Shown here: positions 1 to 11,275 of the stretch, in pieces
How the letters are laid out: each line of letters opens with the position of its first letter
How positions within the stretch are numbered: the first letter of the stretch is position 1
From: Camelus ferus
Lineage: Eukaryota
Assembly (NCBI RefSeq): GCF_009834535.1
Contig: NC_045697.1
Span: forward strand, 73,782,001-73,846,000
Direction of reading: 5' to 3'
DNA length: 64,000 nt
Translations under genes and position numbers: made by a program
The notes under the pieces: model-generated
Databases searched by the model: none
Seen by the model: only the letters and a program-made list of their open reading frames with translations
Told to the model about the DNA's origin: nothing

Positions 1-88
1 TCTTAGCATGCACGAGATGCCTCGGTTAATAAATAAACAAACAAGCCTAATTGCCTCCCTCTCCCCAACCAAAAAAAAAAAAAAAAAA
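1..88 (+). mobile_element. Partial tRNA-derived SINE (Vic-1-like), cut by the window edge, B-box segment deleted
   Basis: CTTAGCATGCACGAG...AATAAATAAAC...CTAATTGCCTCCC...poly(A) matches the body and tail of the complete copies at 4861 and 21725. Confidence 0.75.
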
Positions 89-700
89 TCCCCAAATAAT
101 GTCCTGGAAGCAAGAAGCAAGCATCTCAGCCATACGAGATAATAGAATATCTCACAAGAATAACAGGCCAACAGTGTTCACCTGACAAGTATGTGCCAGA
201 CTTCCACGTGGTCCTGAGATGTGAGCTGCCGTGGATGGCCCATATGTCCGCGTGAACAGTCCCAGCATCTTCCAGAAGCCCTCTTGTGTATTAACTAATC
301 AGCTTTGAATCTGGTACTTGATGGCACCTAGGATCCTAAAAGTATATTGTATCATGTGCTGAAGGATTAATGCCTTCCTCATTGAATGTTCAGAAATAAA
401 GGAAAAGTAACTATGATCTCAGAAACTGAGGGAAGCTCCAGAGATGCTCCAGGAGTTCTGGACTCGAGAGAAACAGACCAGCCCATTTGTTCTGTCAGAA
501 GCAGGGCAGGAGCTGATCTTTTTGTAAGTGCACTGAGAATTGTTAGAAAAGGAAGAGGAGACCAAAAAGGAAGGTCACAGTTACTCTTCAAGTGGTGGTG
601 GTGGCCTCAACGAATCAGTAAACAGTTTGAGGAACCCAATGTAATTTATGACTAAGAATCATAAAAATCTGTGATAGATAGAAATATAAATGTAGATCTA

Positions 701-701
<1 letters not shown>

Positions 702-743
<42 letters not shown>
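702..743. repeat. (CA)n microsatellite
   Basis: Pure AC dinucleotide run. Confidence 0.98.
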
Positions 744-745
<2 letters not shown>

Positions 746-1439
746 CCTGATACAGGTAGAACTGGGGCAGAAGAATGACCGCTGTCATCAACAACTGGTT
801 AACAATCAATATCCACTACTCTTTCTCCTTCGGTTTCACGTGCAGGGTAAAAGAAAGAAATATTCACCTGTCAGTGCTGTGTTTCCATCAGTGATACCAT
901 CTTTGATCTTCATTCCAAAAGAGCACAAGAGTGAGCATCATAATCATAAAACAATGCCATCGGATTTTATGAAATTTAAAATAGTTTCCTATGTGTTGCA
1001 TAATCTCATAAAAAGCCCTGTGAGAAAAGCAGGTGATCAGGGCAGACCTGGTAGTGTTAAGAAGAGTAAGAATGGAAAAGAAAGGGAGGGGCAAAAGGGA
1101 GAAAGGGGAGGAAAAGGGAAAGGAGGGAAGTAAGGGGGAAGCCGCCTCCCCAGCTTTTCCTGTAATTGGATGTCAGTCTGAATCCGAATAATATCTCCTG
1201 CTGTCTCCTAACGAGTATTCTGAAGATTAAGATCCACATATTTCTTGGGACTCCTCAGTAATAATTACTCTTTATATTATAAGTAGTGGCATCATCGTCA
1301 CCAGTCTTACCTATAAAATTTCTTATAAGCTCACAACTAAGGTTGGGGAGCTTCAGGGAAAAAACAACAGGAAGAGCACAGTAAAGCACAAAGTCAAAGA
1401 AGTTAGGAAAGGAAAAAAGCAACAAGCACTAACTTTCCC

Positions 1440-2060
1440 TACGGCCTCATAATCTCTCTCCGCGGGGCACTCTGTAGCCAAGCAGTAAGCTTACGTGATG
1501 AACGGGGTGTGTAAAGAGACCCGGAGACCAGTCCAGGGAAGGGAAATCCCTCCCCTTTTGTCCTCAGTTCAACTCCCAAGATCCCCAGCCTCCCCGTGTG
1601 AGTCACACTGCAATTGCCCACGATACGCATCTGCCCGGATGCCCTCTGCTTCAGCGGGGAATTTCAAGCTCCCGCCTGCCTGTAATAAGGGGGAAAATCA
1701 GCGCAGCAATGTGACCGGATGCTGAAAAGCTGGCAGCCAGAGAAAACAGTAGTGCATTTGGCTAATTTCCTTTCGCAGGGCTTTTTACTGTAAAGAAAAT
1801 TGGCCTCCATGGAGTAAGAGAAATTCAACTTTTGCCTCCCTTTCTTGAATCTGATCTCTTTGTTTCCATTTTAATAGGTCGTGGGAAGTTTCCTGTGAAT
1901 ATGTAAACAAGCTTTGTGTTTATTTTAATCACTTTTTCCTCCTGTTTCCAGGCTCCGGACAACACCCCTGGCCCTCACTTGAATCCTGGTGGTTAGAGTA
2001 GAACACAAACGAGTTGTAACCCAAGTCTGTCCTTTTGTAAGAGGAAGTGGTGAGATCAGT
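1440..2060. promoter_or_regulatory. Candidate distal enhancer (NF-kB/AP-1/ETS/FOX motif cluster)
   Basis: GGGAAATCCC 1541-1550, TGAGTCA 1599-1605, GGGGAATTTC 1656-1665, GGGAAGTTTCC 1883-1893, TGTAAACA 1902-1909, AAGAGGAAGTG 2039-2049; locally retained CpGs; no obvious repeat. Confidence 0.45.
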
Positions 2061-2879
2061 ACAAGGATGGCATTTCCTAAAGCAGCTGAATCTCCCATAA
2101 ATAGGCTCAAGAACTAACTCCTCTACAAAAATTAGAGTAACTAGTCAAATTAGTCTTTAAGAAAGAAGCGAAATCTGCGAGGTGACTAATTCCCAGCTTC
2201 TGAATACCCACCTGAGAAGGAATCTCTCCCCTTCTTGTTCATCCTGAACATGGCACCTCCACTTCACGTCTCAGGGAAGCACAGTCATTGTTTCTGCTCC
2301 CTCTTAGCTAATTCACTAACCCGCCGTGCCCTGGCTTCTGCCCTTACCACCTTACTGAAACTTACAAACACAGTGGTTGAAGCGACCTGTGTATTGATAA
2401 ACACAGTGAATATTTTTGAGCACATATTGTATTGGATTTGTCTCTGGTATTTGAAGATGCTGACCAACTTCTCCTTTGAGAAATTCCTCCTCTTTTGTTT
2501 TCCATGCTACCATGCCTTCCTGATTCTCATACATCTCAGATCAATTCCTTTTTTTTTTAAGGCAATTATAAAATTATATAATATTCTTCAAGTAGAGAAT
2601 AAAGAGTTAAGGAAACACTTTTTAATTTTTAGATCAGATCACTTCTGTCTTCTTTCCCTAGTCCTCTTCCCCCATCCTCTTAAAAATAGGTTAGTTCTTT
2701 TGTGTTCTCCACCTCTTTGATGATCTCATTTGCTCTTATGTTTTCAGTATCACCTCTGCATAATTTTCACATCTGTGTTGTTAGCCTAGACATCCTTCCT
2801 AAGTCCTTCCATCTTCGCCTTCCCATTTCAATAGGAGCTGTAATTATTGTGAATAATTCTAACTCAGCTCCTGCTTCTA

Positions 2880-3243
2880 AACTCCCACCCCAAGTGCCTG
2901 CTGTGGCATGTCTTCTGTGTTCTGCCCTCAGGGCCTCCTATAAAGCCATAGGAGCTGGCTTGCCCTATTAAGCAAGGGCAGTCCACAATGGGGAAGTCAG
3001 TAGATAAATGCTTGTCTTCCACCCTTCAGATGGCTAATTCCTAGAGGCATTCTTTGTTCTTCTCAAAAGTCCCTTGTTGCCCAGAGCACTGACCTGAATA
3101 AAGCACCTTGCCATGTCTCTTCCTCCTGTACCATCTTATTCTTCTTACTTGGCCACTCTGGCTTTGTAGGATCACTTCCCAAATTAACTGCCTGTACCCA
3201 AGATTTTTATCTCAGCCACTGCTTTTAGGGAAACCCAAAGGCA
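2880..3243 (+). mobile_element. Old ERVL-class LTR (LTR16-like), 5' LTR of the adjacent provirus relic; start approximate
   Basis: 3' end ...CCCAAATTAACTGCCTGTACCCAAG...CTGCTTTTAGGGAAACCCAAAGGCA resembles LTR16-family ends and is followed directly by a PBS-like TGGTGCCAGGAATGG. Confidence 0.55.
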
Positions 3244-4860
3244 TTTGGTGCCAGGAATGGTCCTGGAAAGCAAACCGTCCAAATGAGATTCTTTGGCTGG
3301 ACTGTCTCCATTTAGATGACACTAATTATGTAATTACTGATGGTAAGCAGGATGGTGATAAGACCCAACATGATGCAGCATTCAGTTACTAAGACCCCGC
3401 AGTATGATAAAATGAAAGGAAAAGCATTGCACTGAATGATACGGGGCGATGGTAATTACAAGGATTATGAAATTGAATGGCTTTTGTTAAATGTCTTAAA
3501 AACCTTGAAAAATTTGAATAGAATATGGAGTAGAAATAAAATACCAGCGTCATGTCAGCTGTCAACTCAGTGCCCACTGTGAATATCATAAAGCTTCCAC
3601 AGAAGGGTTCAAACAGACCTTCACTCACATAATCAGAGGGTGGCCTCTGCTGCAAGTCAGGCCAAAGAGCTAAACTTATGAAGAGGTAGGGTGTACAATG
3701 TTGAGAGCTCTCCTAAGCTGAAGATACAGCCGTAATAGAAAAGTAGTGAAGTCCTGAGTCCTGATATGGAGACATTTGGGTAGACTCATTTAAGAAGATT
3801 GAACTCCCAAGTTCTCCTGGAGTCACCAGATTGGCTGAAGCAGCTCCCTCCCCCTGCTAGAGGAGTAGAATGTCCCTCACCTGAAGACCTTGTAGAGACC
3901 TCACCTGAGCAGATGCCTAGAAAGATGATGTTGCCTCCTTAGGACCCACCATACCCACCCCCGATATAATACACAAACCAGTCACAATGGGCATGACCCA
4001 GTATTCACTGAGTAGGGAAATGCAATCCCTGCTCCAAAAGAAAATAGCTTTTTTACAAAAAACACATAATACTAGCTTATATGTATTGGCAAGTATTGGA
4101 AGGATATGTGTGGGAGTGGATTTTGAGGGTTAAGATGGGGATATAAACCTAAATAGGGGAGATTTATTGACAATGACATACTCTTCCATGACTCAGGATT
4201 TAGTGTCTTGGCAGGAACACCAGAACCCAGTCCTGACACAGAGCTAGGATGTCTTCCTAAAGCTTAGTCACAATTATGGCCTATAAAGGTAAAGATAATG
4301 GAACTGCCTTGGCAGAGTATTGAAAAAGGATTTGGAAGGCTCATGAAAAAGGGAAAGAAAACTTACCCTAGCTGTGTTTTGCAGGAGGGCCCAGAGGATA
4401 TACCCATTTCTAAGACAATAAAGAATAAACTTTTTTTTATAAGATTCTGTTTTATCTTTGAGAATTTCAGTGCTTCCTCTTCTCTGTAAGCCAGGATAAA
4501 TAGTAGGAATTGACACTGTGGTGGAATTAATTTCCATTGTGCCAATGGGGATGGCAGAATTCCAAAAAATCAGAGACCAGGTTGTAGCATTTAAAAGTCA
4601 GAGGCAAGGTAAAAGTGTTTACCATAATGGGCATCAAATCCAAAATAGCAATCAAGATACCTTGACCATGGTGTTTCTAGGAGTGACACAGATGGTCATC
4701 TGACTACAGACAGAAATCAAGGGCTAATGAGCAAAGAGCTGATGTCAGCCTCCATAGTGGAAAATCACAACTATTCAACCAGCTTTACAGTCAGATCCTG
4801 TTCTCAAAGAGCCAATCACTGAGAGGGAGAAAGGCCATCCTTAAGAAAGATACTTAAAGA

Positions 4861-4983
4861 GGGGAGAGTATAGCTCAGTGGTAGAGCACATGCTTAGCAT
4901 GCATGAGGTCCTGGGCTCAATCTTCAGTACTGCCGTTAAAATAAATAAATAAATGAACCTAATTACCCCCCTCCTCAAAAAAG
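4861..4983 (+). mobile_element. Vic-1-like SINE, long-tail form
   Basis: GGGGAGAGTATAGCTCAGTGGTAGAGC (A box)...GGGCTCAATC (degenerate B box), AT-rich tail; TSD AAGAAAGATACTTAAA (4843) / AAGAAAGATCCTTGAA (4984). Confidence 0.9.
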
Positions 4984-5663
4984 AAGAAAGATCCTTGAAT
5001 ATCTCCTTAAGGGATGTTTATCATACATACTGCTTTAATAAACATACTCGGTAAACATCTCACCAATTCATTACCAAAAAACCTGTGCCTATTTACCAGG
5101 GGAAATTGTGCACTAAAGAAGGAGGAGCACTCTGACCTTTCAAGGATTATTAGATGTGCTTCTAGATTAACAAAAATACAGGGAGGCATGAAATGCCCTT
5201 ATCCCTGCTACCCTAGTTAGAGCAGGGCTTTTGAAATCAGATGAATCTTGACCAAACATTATCTCACAATTGGTCCACTGACCCATTCTGTTGTTATTTC
5301 CCTTGTCCCTGAGGGTGTAATTGGGGTGGATATATTCAGCAGCTAATAAACATTCAGGTGGTTCCCTGAATTGTGCAATGAGTCATTATTATTTGAAAGG
5401 CCAAGAATAAGGTTTTGACACCACCCCTACCCAGCCACAATAACAAATCAGAAGCAATACCACACTCCATATGAAAATGCAAGGTTAATGCTATAATCAC
5501 AATGTAAAGGACACGAGTATGATGGTCCTCATATCCTGTCTAGTTAACATCATTGTAGCTGATGGCCAGGACATTACCAAACAAGAGCCACAATTGTATT
5601 TCTATATGAAATGTGACATCTTTACTGGAACTGATCACCGCTTGTTGATCAAATGGTGGTGCT

Positions 5664-5898
5664 TGGTACATAGCTATTAATCTGGGGAACATGTTTTTTT
5701 CATCAATAACAAGGAGCAAAGCAATGCACGTTTATGTGTTAAGATCAGCAGTACACATTCACTGCCTTATTCCAGGGCTGCATCATTTCTCCTGTTCTCT
5801 GTCAAAGTGTAGTACGCGGGGAAGTGGATCGTATCAACATTCTGCAGAACGTTATGCTGGTCTGCTATATTGATGACATTATGATGAATGGGAAGTAG
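5664..5898 (+). pseudogene. Frameshifted ERVL pol reverse transcriptase remnant
   Basis: WYIAINLGNMFFSSI from 5664, then in another frame QQYTFTALFQGCIISPVLCQSVVRGEVDRINILQNVMLVCYIDDIMMNGK* (5746-5898), with the YIDD catalytic motif at 5866-5877. Confidence 0.85.
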
Positions 5899-5984
5899 TA
5901 AGTAGTTGATTGCATAGTAAGACCATCCATACAGAAAGTCGGAGATAAAAGTTACAGAGATTCAGGGATTCTGAATCTGAATAG

Positions 5985-6392
5985 TGTAATGTATCAATTT
6001 CTGGTACAGCATAATGTCCCAGTCATGCATATACATACATATATTCATTTTCATATTCTTTTTAATTAAAGGTTATTATAAGCTATTGAATATAGTTCCC
6101 TGTGCTATACAGAAGAAATTTTTTTTATCTGTTTTTATATATAGTGGCTAACATTTGCAAATCTCAAACTCCCAAACGTATCCCTTCCCACCTCCTTTCC
6201 CCCAGTAACCACAGATTGTTTACTATGTCTGTGAGTCTGTTTTATAGATGAGTTCATTAGTGTCCTCTTTTTTCTTTCTTTCTTTTTTCTTTTTTTTTTT
6301 TTTAGATTCCACATATGAGTGATATCATGTGGTATTTTTCTTTCTCTTTCTGGATTACTTCACTTAGAATGACGATCTCTAAGTCCATCCAT
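5985..6392 (-). mobile_element. 5'-truncated LINE-1 3' end nested in the ERV
   Basis: TTTTTAGATTCCACATATGAGTGATATC...TTCACTTAGAATGACGATCTCTAAGTCCATCCAT, homologous to the other L1 3' ends in the window. Confidence 0.85.
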
Positions 6393-6534
6393 TGAACCAC
6401 ATATTTTGAAGATATTTAGGGAGCCAATGATATGGCATATGTTGAGACATGTCCTTATGCACTCTGAGATAAAGGACAAGCCTTTGCACCTTGCAACCCT
6501 GTCACTAACAAAAAGTTGCAACATCTGATAAGTA

Positions 6535-6840
6535 AAACAGATGCTCTCAGTGCCTTACACCTTATTCTTTTCCATTTCTGTGTCCATAGACCTGACTTCT
6601 AATTGTCAGCACTGCAGGTTTGTGCTTGAGAGCTGTCTTACTGGCCACCAGGGTCTGAGGAAGGCCAGAAGTACCAGGTGCTTCCCAAGAGCAACCCTCA
6701 ACTAGTGGCTGATGAGAATTGGTGAGCACTCCCTCAGCCGTTAAGTGGGATAAGGTGTAAGTACTATGTTTCACAGTCTCCAAAAGTTCCCCAGTGGGCT
6801 TAAGGTCCAGTTGCCCTCAATGATAACTTACTTGAAAATT
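6535..6840 (+). mobile_element. Partial LTR16/LTR33-like ERVL LTR
   Basis: GCAACCCTCAACTAGTGGCTGATGAGAATTGGTG...CCAAAAGTTCCCCAGTGGGCTTAAGGTCCAGTTGCCC resembles the LTR16 family (recall). Confidence 0.45.
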
Positions 6841-6871
6841 AATATCACCATCAAGAAAGTGAAAAGACAAT

Positions 6872-7262
6872 TGTGATTGTTAATTTTATGTGTCAACTTG
6901 GCTAGGCTGTGGTGCTCTGTTGCTGGTCACACACTGATCTACATGTTGCTGTGAGAGTATTTTTTAGATGAAATTAACCTGTAAATCAGTAGACTTTGAG
7001 TAAAGCAGGTTACCCTCCATAATGTAGATGGGTCTTATCCAATCTGTTGAAGGCCTTAAGAGAAAAGACTGAGTTCCCTGGTAAAGGAAGGTATTCCACC
7101 TCTGCACGGCCTTCATACAACAACATATGGAAGACTGCAGCATCAACTCCTGCCAGAATTTTCAGCCTGCCAACCTGCCCTACAGATTTCAGACTTGCCC
7201 TGACAGTTGTGTGAACCAATCCCTTAAAGTATCTCCTCTCTCTGTCTGCCTGCCTGTCTCTC

Positions 7263-7302
<40 letters not shown>

Positions 7303-7390
7303 AATGCACACACATATTTACATTATATATATATATATGTATGTATGTATGTGTATATATATACATACATACATATATACATATTGGACC
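6872..7390 (+). mobile_element. MLT2-type ERVL LTR ending in (TC)n/(TA)n simple repeats
   Basis: Characteristic start TGTGATTGTTAATTTTATGTGTCAACTTGGCTAGGC and internal AATCAGTAGACTTTGAGTAAAGCAG. Confidence 0.8.
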
Positions 7391-7664
7391 TGTTCACAGT
7401 CAGCTCAATGCTCAATATGTTGACATGAGACAAAAAGGCCTGCACTTCGCTGCAGCTCCACTCATGGACAATAAGAAAGGGAAATGCTGTTTGGCAGAGC
7501 TTTGATCAGTATACTTTATTGCCCCCTTTTTATGGAGGGAGAAGTGGCCTGAGTAGGAGTATATAGACACTCCTGTGCAGTGGATTACTATCACCAAGAA
7601 GTAACAGTAGGATTGACCCCTCACAATCACTGCCAATAATGTGCTTGCAAAAGTTATGCTCTTA

Positions 7665-8439
7665 CTGGAGAGGCTGTGGAGAAAAGGGGACCCTCCTACA
7701 CTGCTGGTGGGAATGCAGTTTGGTGCAGCCATTGTGGAAAACAGTATGGAGATTTCTCAAAAGACTAGGAATAGACTTACCATAGGACCCAGGAATCCTG
7801 CTCCTGGGTGTATATTCAGAAGGAACCCTACTTCAAAAAGACACCTGCACCCCAATGTTCATAGCAGCACAATTTACAATAGCCAAGACATGGAAACAGC
7901 CTAAATGTCCACCAACAAATGACTGGATAAAGAAGATGTGGTATATTTATACAGTGGAATACTATTCAGCCATAAAAATGACAACATAACACCATTTGCA
8001 GCAACATGGAATGTCCCTGGAGAATGTCATTCTAAGTGAAGTAAGCCAGAAAAAGAAAGAAAAATACCATATGAGATTGCTCATATGTGGAATCTAAAGA
8101 AAAGAAAGAAAGAAAGAAAGAGACAAATGAACATAAATACAAAATAAATAGATTCATAGACATAGAATACAAATTTGTGGTTGTCAGGGGGGAGGAGGGT
8201 GGGAAGGGACAGACTGGGAGTTCGAAATTTGTAGAAACTGACAGGCATATGTAGAATAGATAAACAAGATTATACTGTATAGCACAGGGAAATATATACA
8301 AGATCTTGTGGTAGCTCACAGTGAAAAAGAATGGGTCAATAAATCTATGTATGTTCATGTATAACTGAAAAATTGTGCTTTACCCTGGAAATTGACACAA
8401 CATTGCAAACTGATTATAACTCAATTAAAAAAAAAACAA
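7665..8439 (+). mobile_element. 5'-truncated LINE-1 (ORF2 C-terminal remnant + 3'UTR + poly(A))
   Basis: GGAGAAAAGGGGACCCTCCTACACTGCTGGTGGGAATG...poly(A); TSD AAAAGTTATGCTCTTA (7649-7664) / AAAACTTATGCTCTTA (8440-8455). Confidence 0.92.
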
Positions 8440-9439
8440 AAAACTTATGCTCTTATACCCTGTAGTCTAAGGCTCTGTTGGATGAGAGGTCTGAACTCTG
8501 AAAGGGGTGGTGATATTAGGGAATTCTTCCACCAGGAAACATTGTAAGTATTCCACTGAACTAGAAACTATAGTTCCTTATGTCAGTGGACCAACTGGCA
8601 AAGAAGATACTCTACTGACAGGAATATTCAAATCTGATTCCCTTGAGGTCTTACAGTTGGTACAAAATAGAGATAAAGAAGACTGTGTCTTCAACTTGGA
8701 GTCTCATAGTATACTGTAGTGTTTCCATGCTTGGTGATAACAGTTAACTGGCAGTTGGGGCCGTCATAGCCTCTCACAAGGACAAAGTAACCAAGGACTC
8801 AGGTTCCTTGATCCAACCAGAAAAGCAACCTCAACCAGCTTAAGTGTTAGCCAAGGATTACAAAAATCTAGTACCAGAGGTGGAAGAGGCAGAAGATGAA
8901 AGTCAATTTCAGTCTGAGGACCACTGAAACAACAGAGACTGTAGCTTGTACTACTAATGCACCTGAGCATCTGCCCTCCCAGTACCTTCTCTAACACAAC
9001 AGGAAGCCCAGGGCTGACAGAACTGCAGTGCAGTTCACACTTGTGGAGGCTTCCTTCACCTCCACTCATCCAAGCAATTCTCACGCCCAGTTGATTCTAC
9101 TTCCCAAGAATCTGTTGGCTCTATCATTTGAACTGTGTCTCACTTGGGCCCCCTGACTGCAGCCTTACTAATTCCAAACCTTTTTCTCTGATGTCAAGAC
9201 AGGCTTTTAGAAAGCAGGTTATGTCTCTGCTATTTCAATGGCTTCATACCACCTACAAATTAAGGACTAAGTTCCTTAGTCAGATATATAAAGCCCTGGA
9301 TGGTCTTTCTATGCCTAATTCTCTAGCCTTACTTCCAGTCTTTTTTCTTTTTTTTTTTTTTTTCTTTTTTCTTTTTTTTTTTTTACCCCTAAGCCACTTC
9401 ACTCTCTAGAAACATTAGGTAGCTTAAACTTCCAAATAT

Positions 9440-9915
9440 CCTGTAATGGTTCTGGAAATCATATCCTAAGTTTTCTCTGGGCAGCTACCCCCTCTCCCTT
9501 TCCCAGGCTAAGTGCTCACAATTAGGCCATAGTTATTGCCAGGAATGGGCACTACCCAGTCAAACCCAGGGATCATGATAAGATTTATTTTTTCAGGAAT
9601 CCTGGGAAAGAAACTCTCAAGCTTTCCTATTATGCACAAACCCAGAAATTATGTAACCGCTGGTTCTACTGGCAGCCATCTAGAGACCAGATGGGATAAC
9701 CCTAAGAATAAAGCCAACACAGAAGAAAAAGCAAAGTAAATGATGGAGAGAAAAGAACTGGGTACTGATGACCTCATCTGAGACTGTACAGCCGAACCAG
9801 GAGCCAGGTCTACCCCAGGCTGTTCATGTGTATGAACTAAGGTCTTCCATTTTAGCTTAACTTAGTTTGATTCAGATTTTCTGTTATTGGCCATTAAATG
9901 TGTCCAAAGTGATAT
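9440..9915 (+). mobile_element. Old MaLR LTR (MLT1-like), apparently inserted into an L2 relic
   Basis: GGCAGCCATCTAG...AAGCCAACACAGAAG...TTTTAGCTTAACTTAGTTTGATTCAGATTTTCTGTTATTGG resembles MLT1 LTRs. Confidence 0.45.
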
Positions 9916-10234
9916 ACATATACTACCTCACGCCTCCATACACTTGTGCATAGAATTCCTTCAATTTAAAATGCCTTATTTATATACCATGGTTAAATGC
10001 TACCTTCTCTTAGAAGTCTTTCCTCATTACCCAGAATGTGTTCATCACCTTGATCACTGTGTTCTCTCTGCACATGAATATGCTGCTATTGAATTTATCC
10101 CCATATACTATATGCACAGTTAATATGTAGGTATCTCCCACTAGACTATTAATTCTCTTTGTTTCTTGAAAGGGAATGTGTTGTTTTTTTTTCAACTAGC
10201 CCAGTGACAGGCACATAGTAAACACTTGCAGTAT

Positions 10235-11275
10235 ATACTGCTGCATGGCAAAACTTCCCCAGTCTCAGTAGCTTAAAGCAACAAAGATTCATAATTTCTC
10301 TTTATTCTGCGGTTTCATTGGATAATCTTCTGCTTCATGTAATGTTGTCTTGGGCACAAAGGCAAGTGGAAGATACCAAATGCCTTCCTTCACATGACCA
10401 GCAGCCTACAACCAGGAACTCAACTGGTGCTTTCAGCCCGGGCACTTGGTTCTCCTTCACATGGGCCTCTCTATGGGGCTACCTGAGCTTCCCCACAACA
10501 TGGTGGCTGGGTTCCAAGCAACAAAAGTAGCTGATGAAGTTTTTTTTTTTAATTGTATTTATTAAGCTGTAGTTGATTTGCAATATTCTGTTAGTTTCAG
10601 ATGTGCAGTTTTAGATTCTTTTCTATTATAGGTTATTATAAGATATCAAATATAGTTCCACATTCTATACGGTAAATCCTTGTTATCTATTTTATATATA
10701 GTAGTGTGTAGCTGTTAATCCCCAAATTCCTAATTTCTCCCGCCCCCTTTCCCCTTTGGTAACCATGAGTTTGATTTCTATGCCTGTGAGTCTATTTCTG
10801 TTTTGTAAATAAGTTCATTTGTATAATGTTTTAAGATTCCACATGTAAGTGATATGTAGTATTTGTCTTTCTCTGCCTGACTTTCTTCATTTAGTATGAT
10901 AATCTCTAGGCCCATCCATGTTGCTGCAAATGGCAATATTTCATTTCTTATGGCTGAGTAATATTCTATTGTAAGTATATTTACCACATCTTCTTTATGC
11001 AGTCATCTGTTGATGGACATTTAGGTTACTTCCATGTCTTGGCTGTTGTAAGTAATAGCAGCTGAAGATATTTTAAAGCTCAGCCTCACAAGTTACACAG
11101 CATCACTTCTGTCAATATTGTTGAACAAAATTGCCACAGACCAACCAAGATTCAAGGGGAAGAGAAACAAACTCTACCTCTTGATGGATAAATAGCAAGA
11201 TTATATTGCAAAAGAGCCTGTAAAGTAGGAAATATTGCTGCAGCCATCTCTAAAAACAAAATAAAACAATCCCCT
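10235..11275 (-). mobile_element. MLT1-like MaLR LTR split by an L1 insertion
   Basis: CTCAGTAGCTTAAAGCAACAAAG...GAGCTTCCCCACAACATGGTGGCTGGGTTCCAAG, resuming after 11060 with CACAGCATCACTTCTG...AGATTCAAGGGGAAG. Confidence 0.65.
10540..11057 (-). mobile_element. 5'-truncated LINE-1 3' end
   Basis: Poly(T) followed by L1 3'UTR/ORF2-end sequence; ORF 10778-10987 translates to L1 ORF2-like IEYYSAIRNEILPFAATWMGLEIIILNE. Confidence 0.9.

Larger units (their letters stand above)
3244..8990 (+). mobile_element. Decayed class III (ERVL/HERV16-like) internal region interrupted by SINE, L1 and LTR insertions; end approximate
   Basis: PBS-like TGGTGCCAGGAATGG at 3246 (close to the complement of the tRNA-Leu 3' end); recognisable RT remnants at 5664-5898; no long ORF. 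Confidence 0.7.

Noticed and set aside
2235..2720. 161-aa hydrophobic ORF
   Set aside because: Non-ATG start in T-rich sequence; no recognisable domain or exon structure
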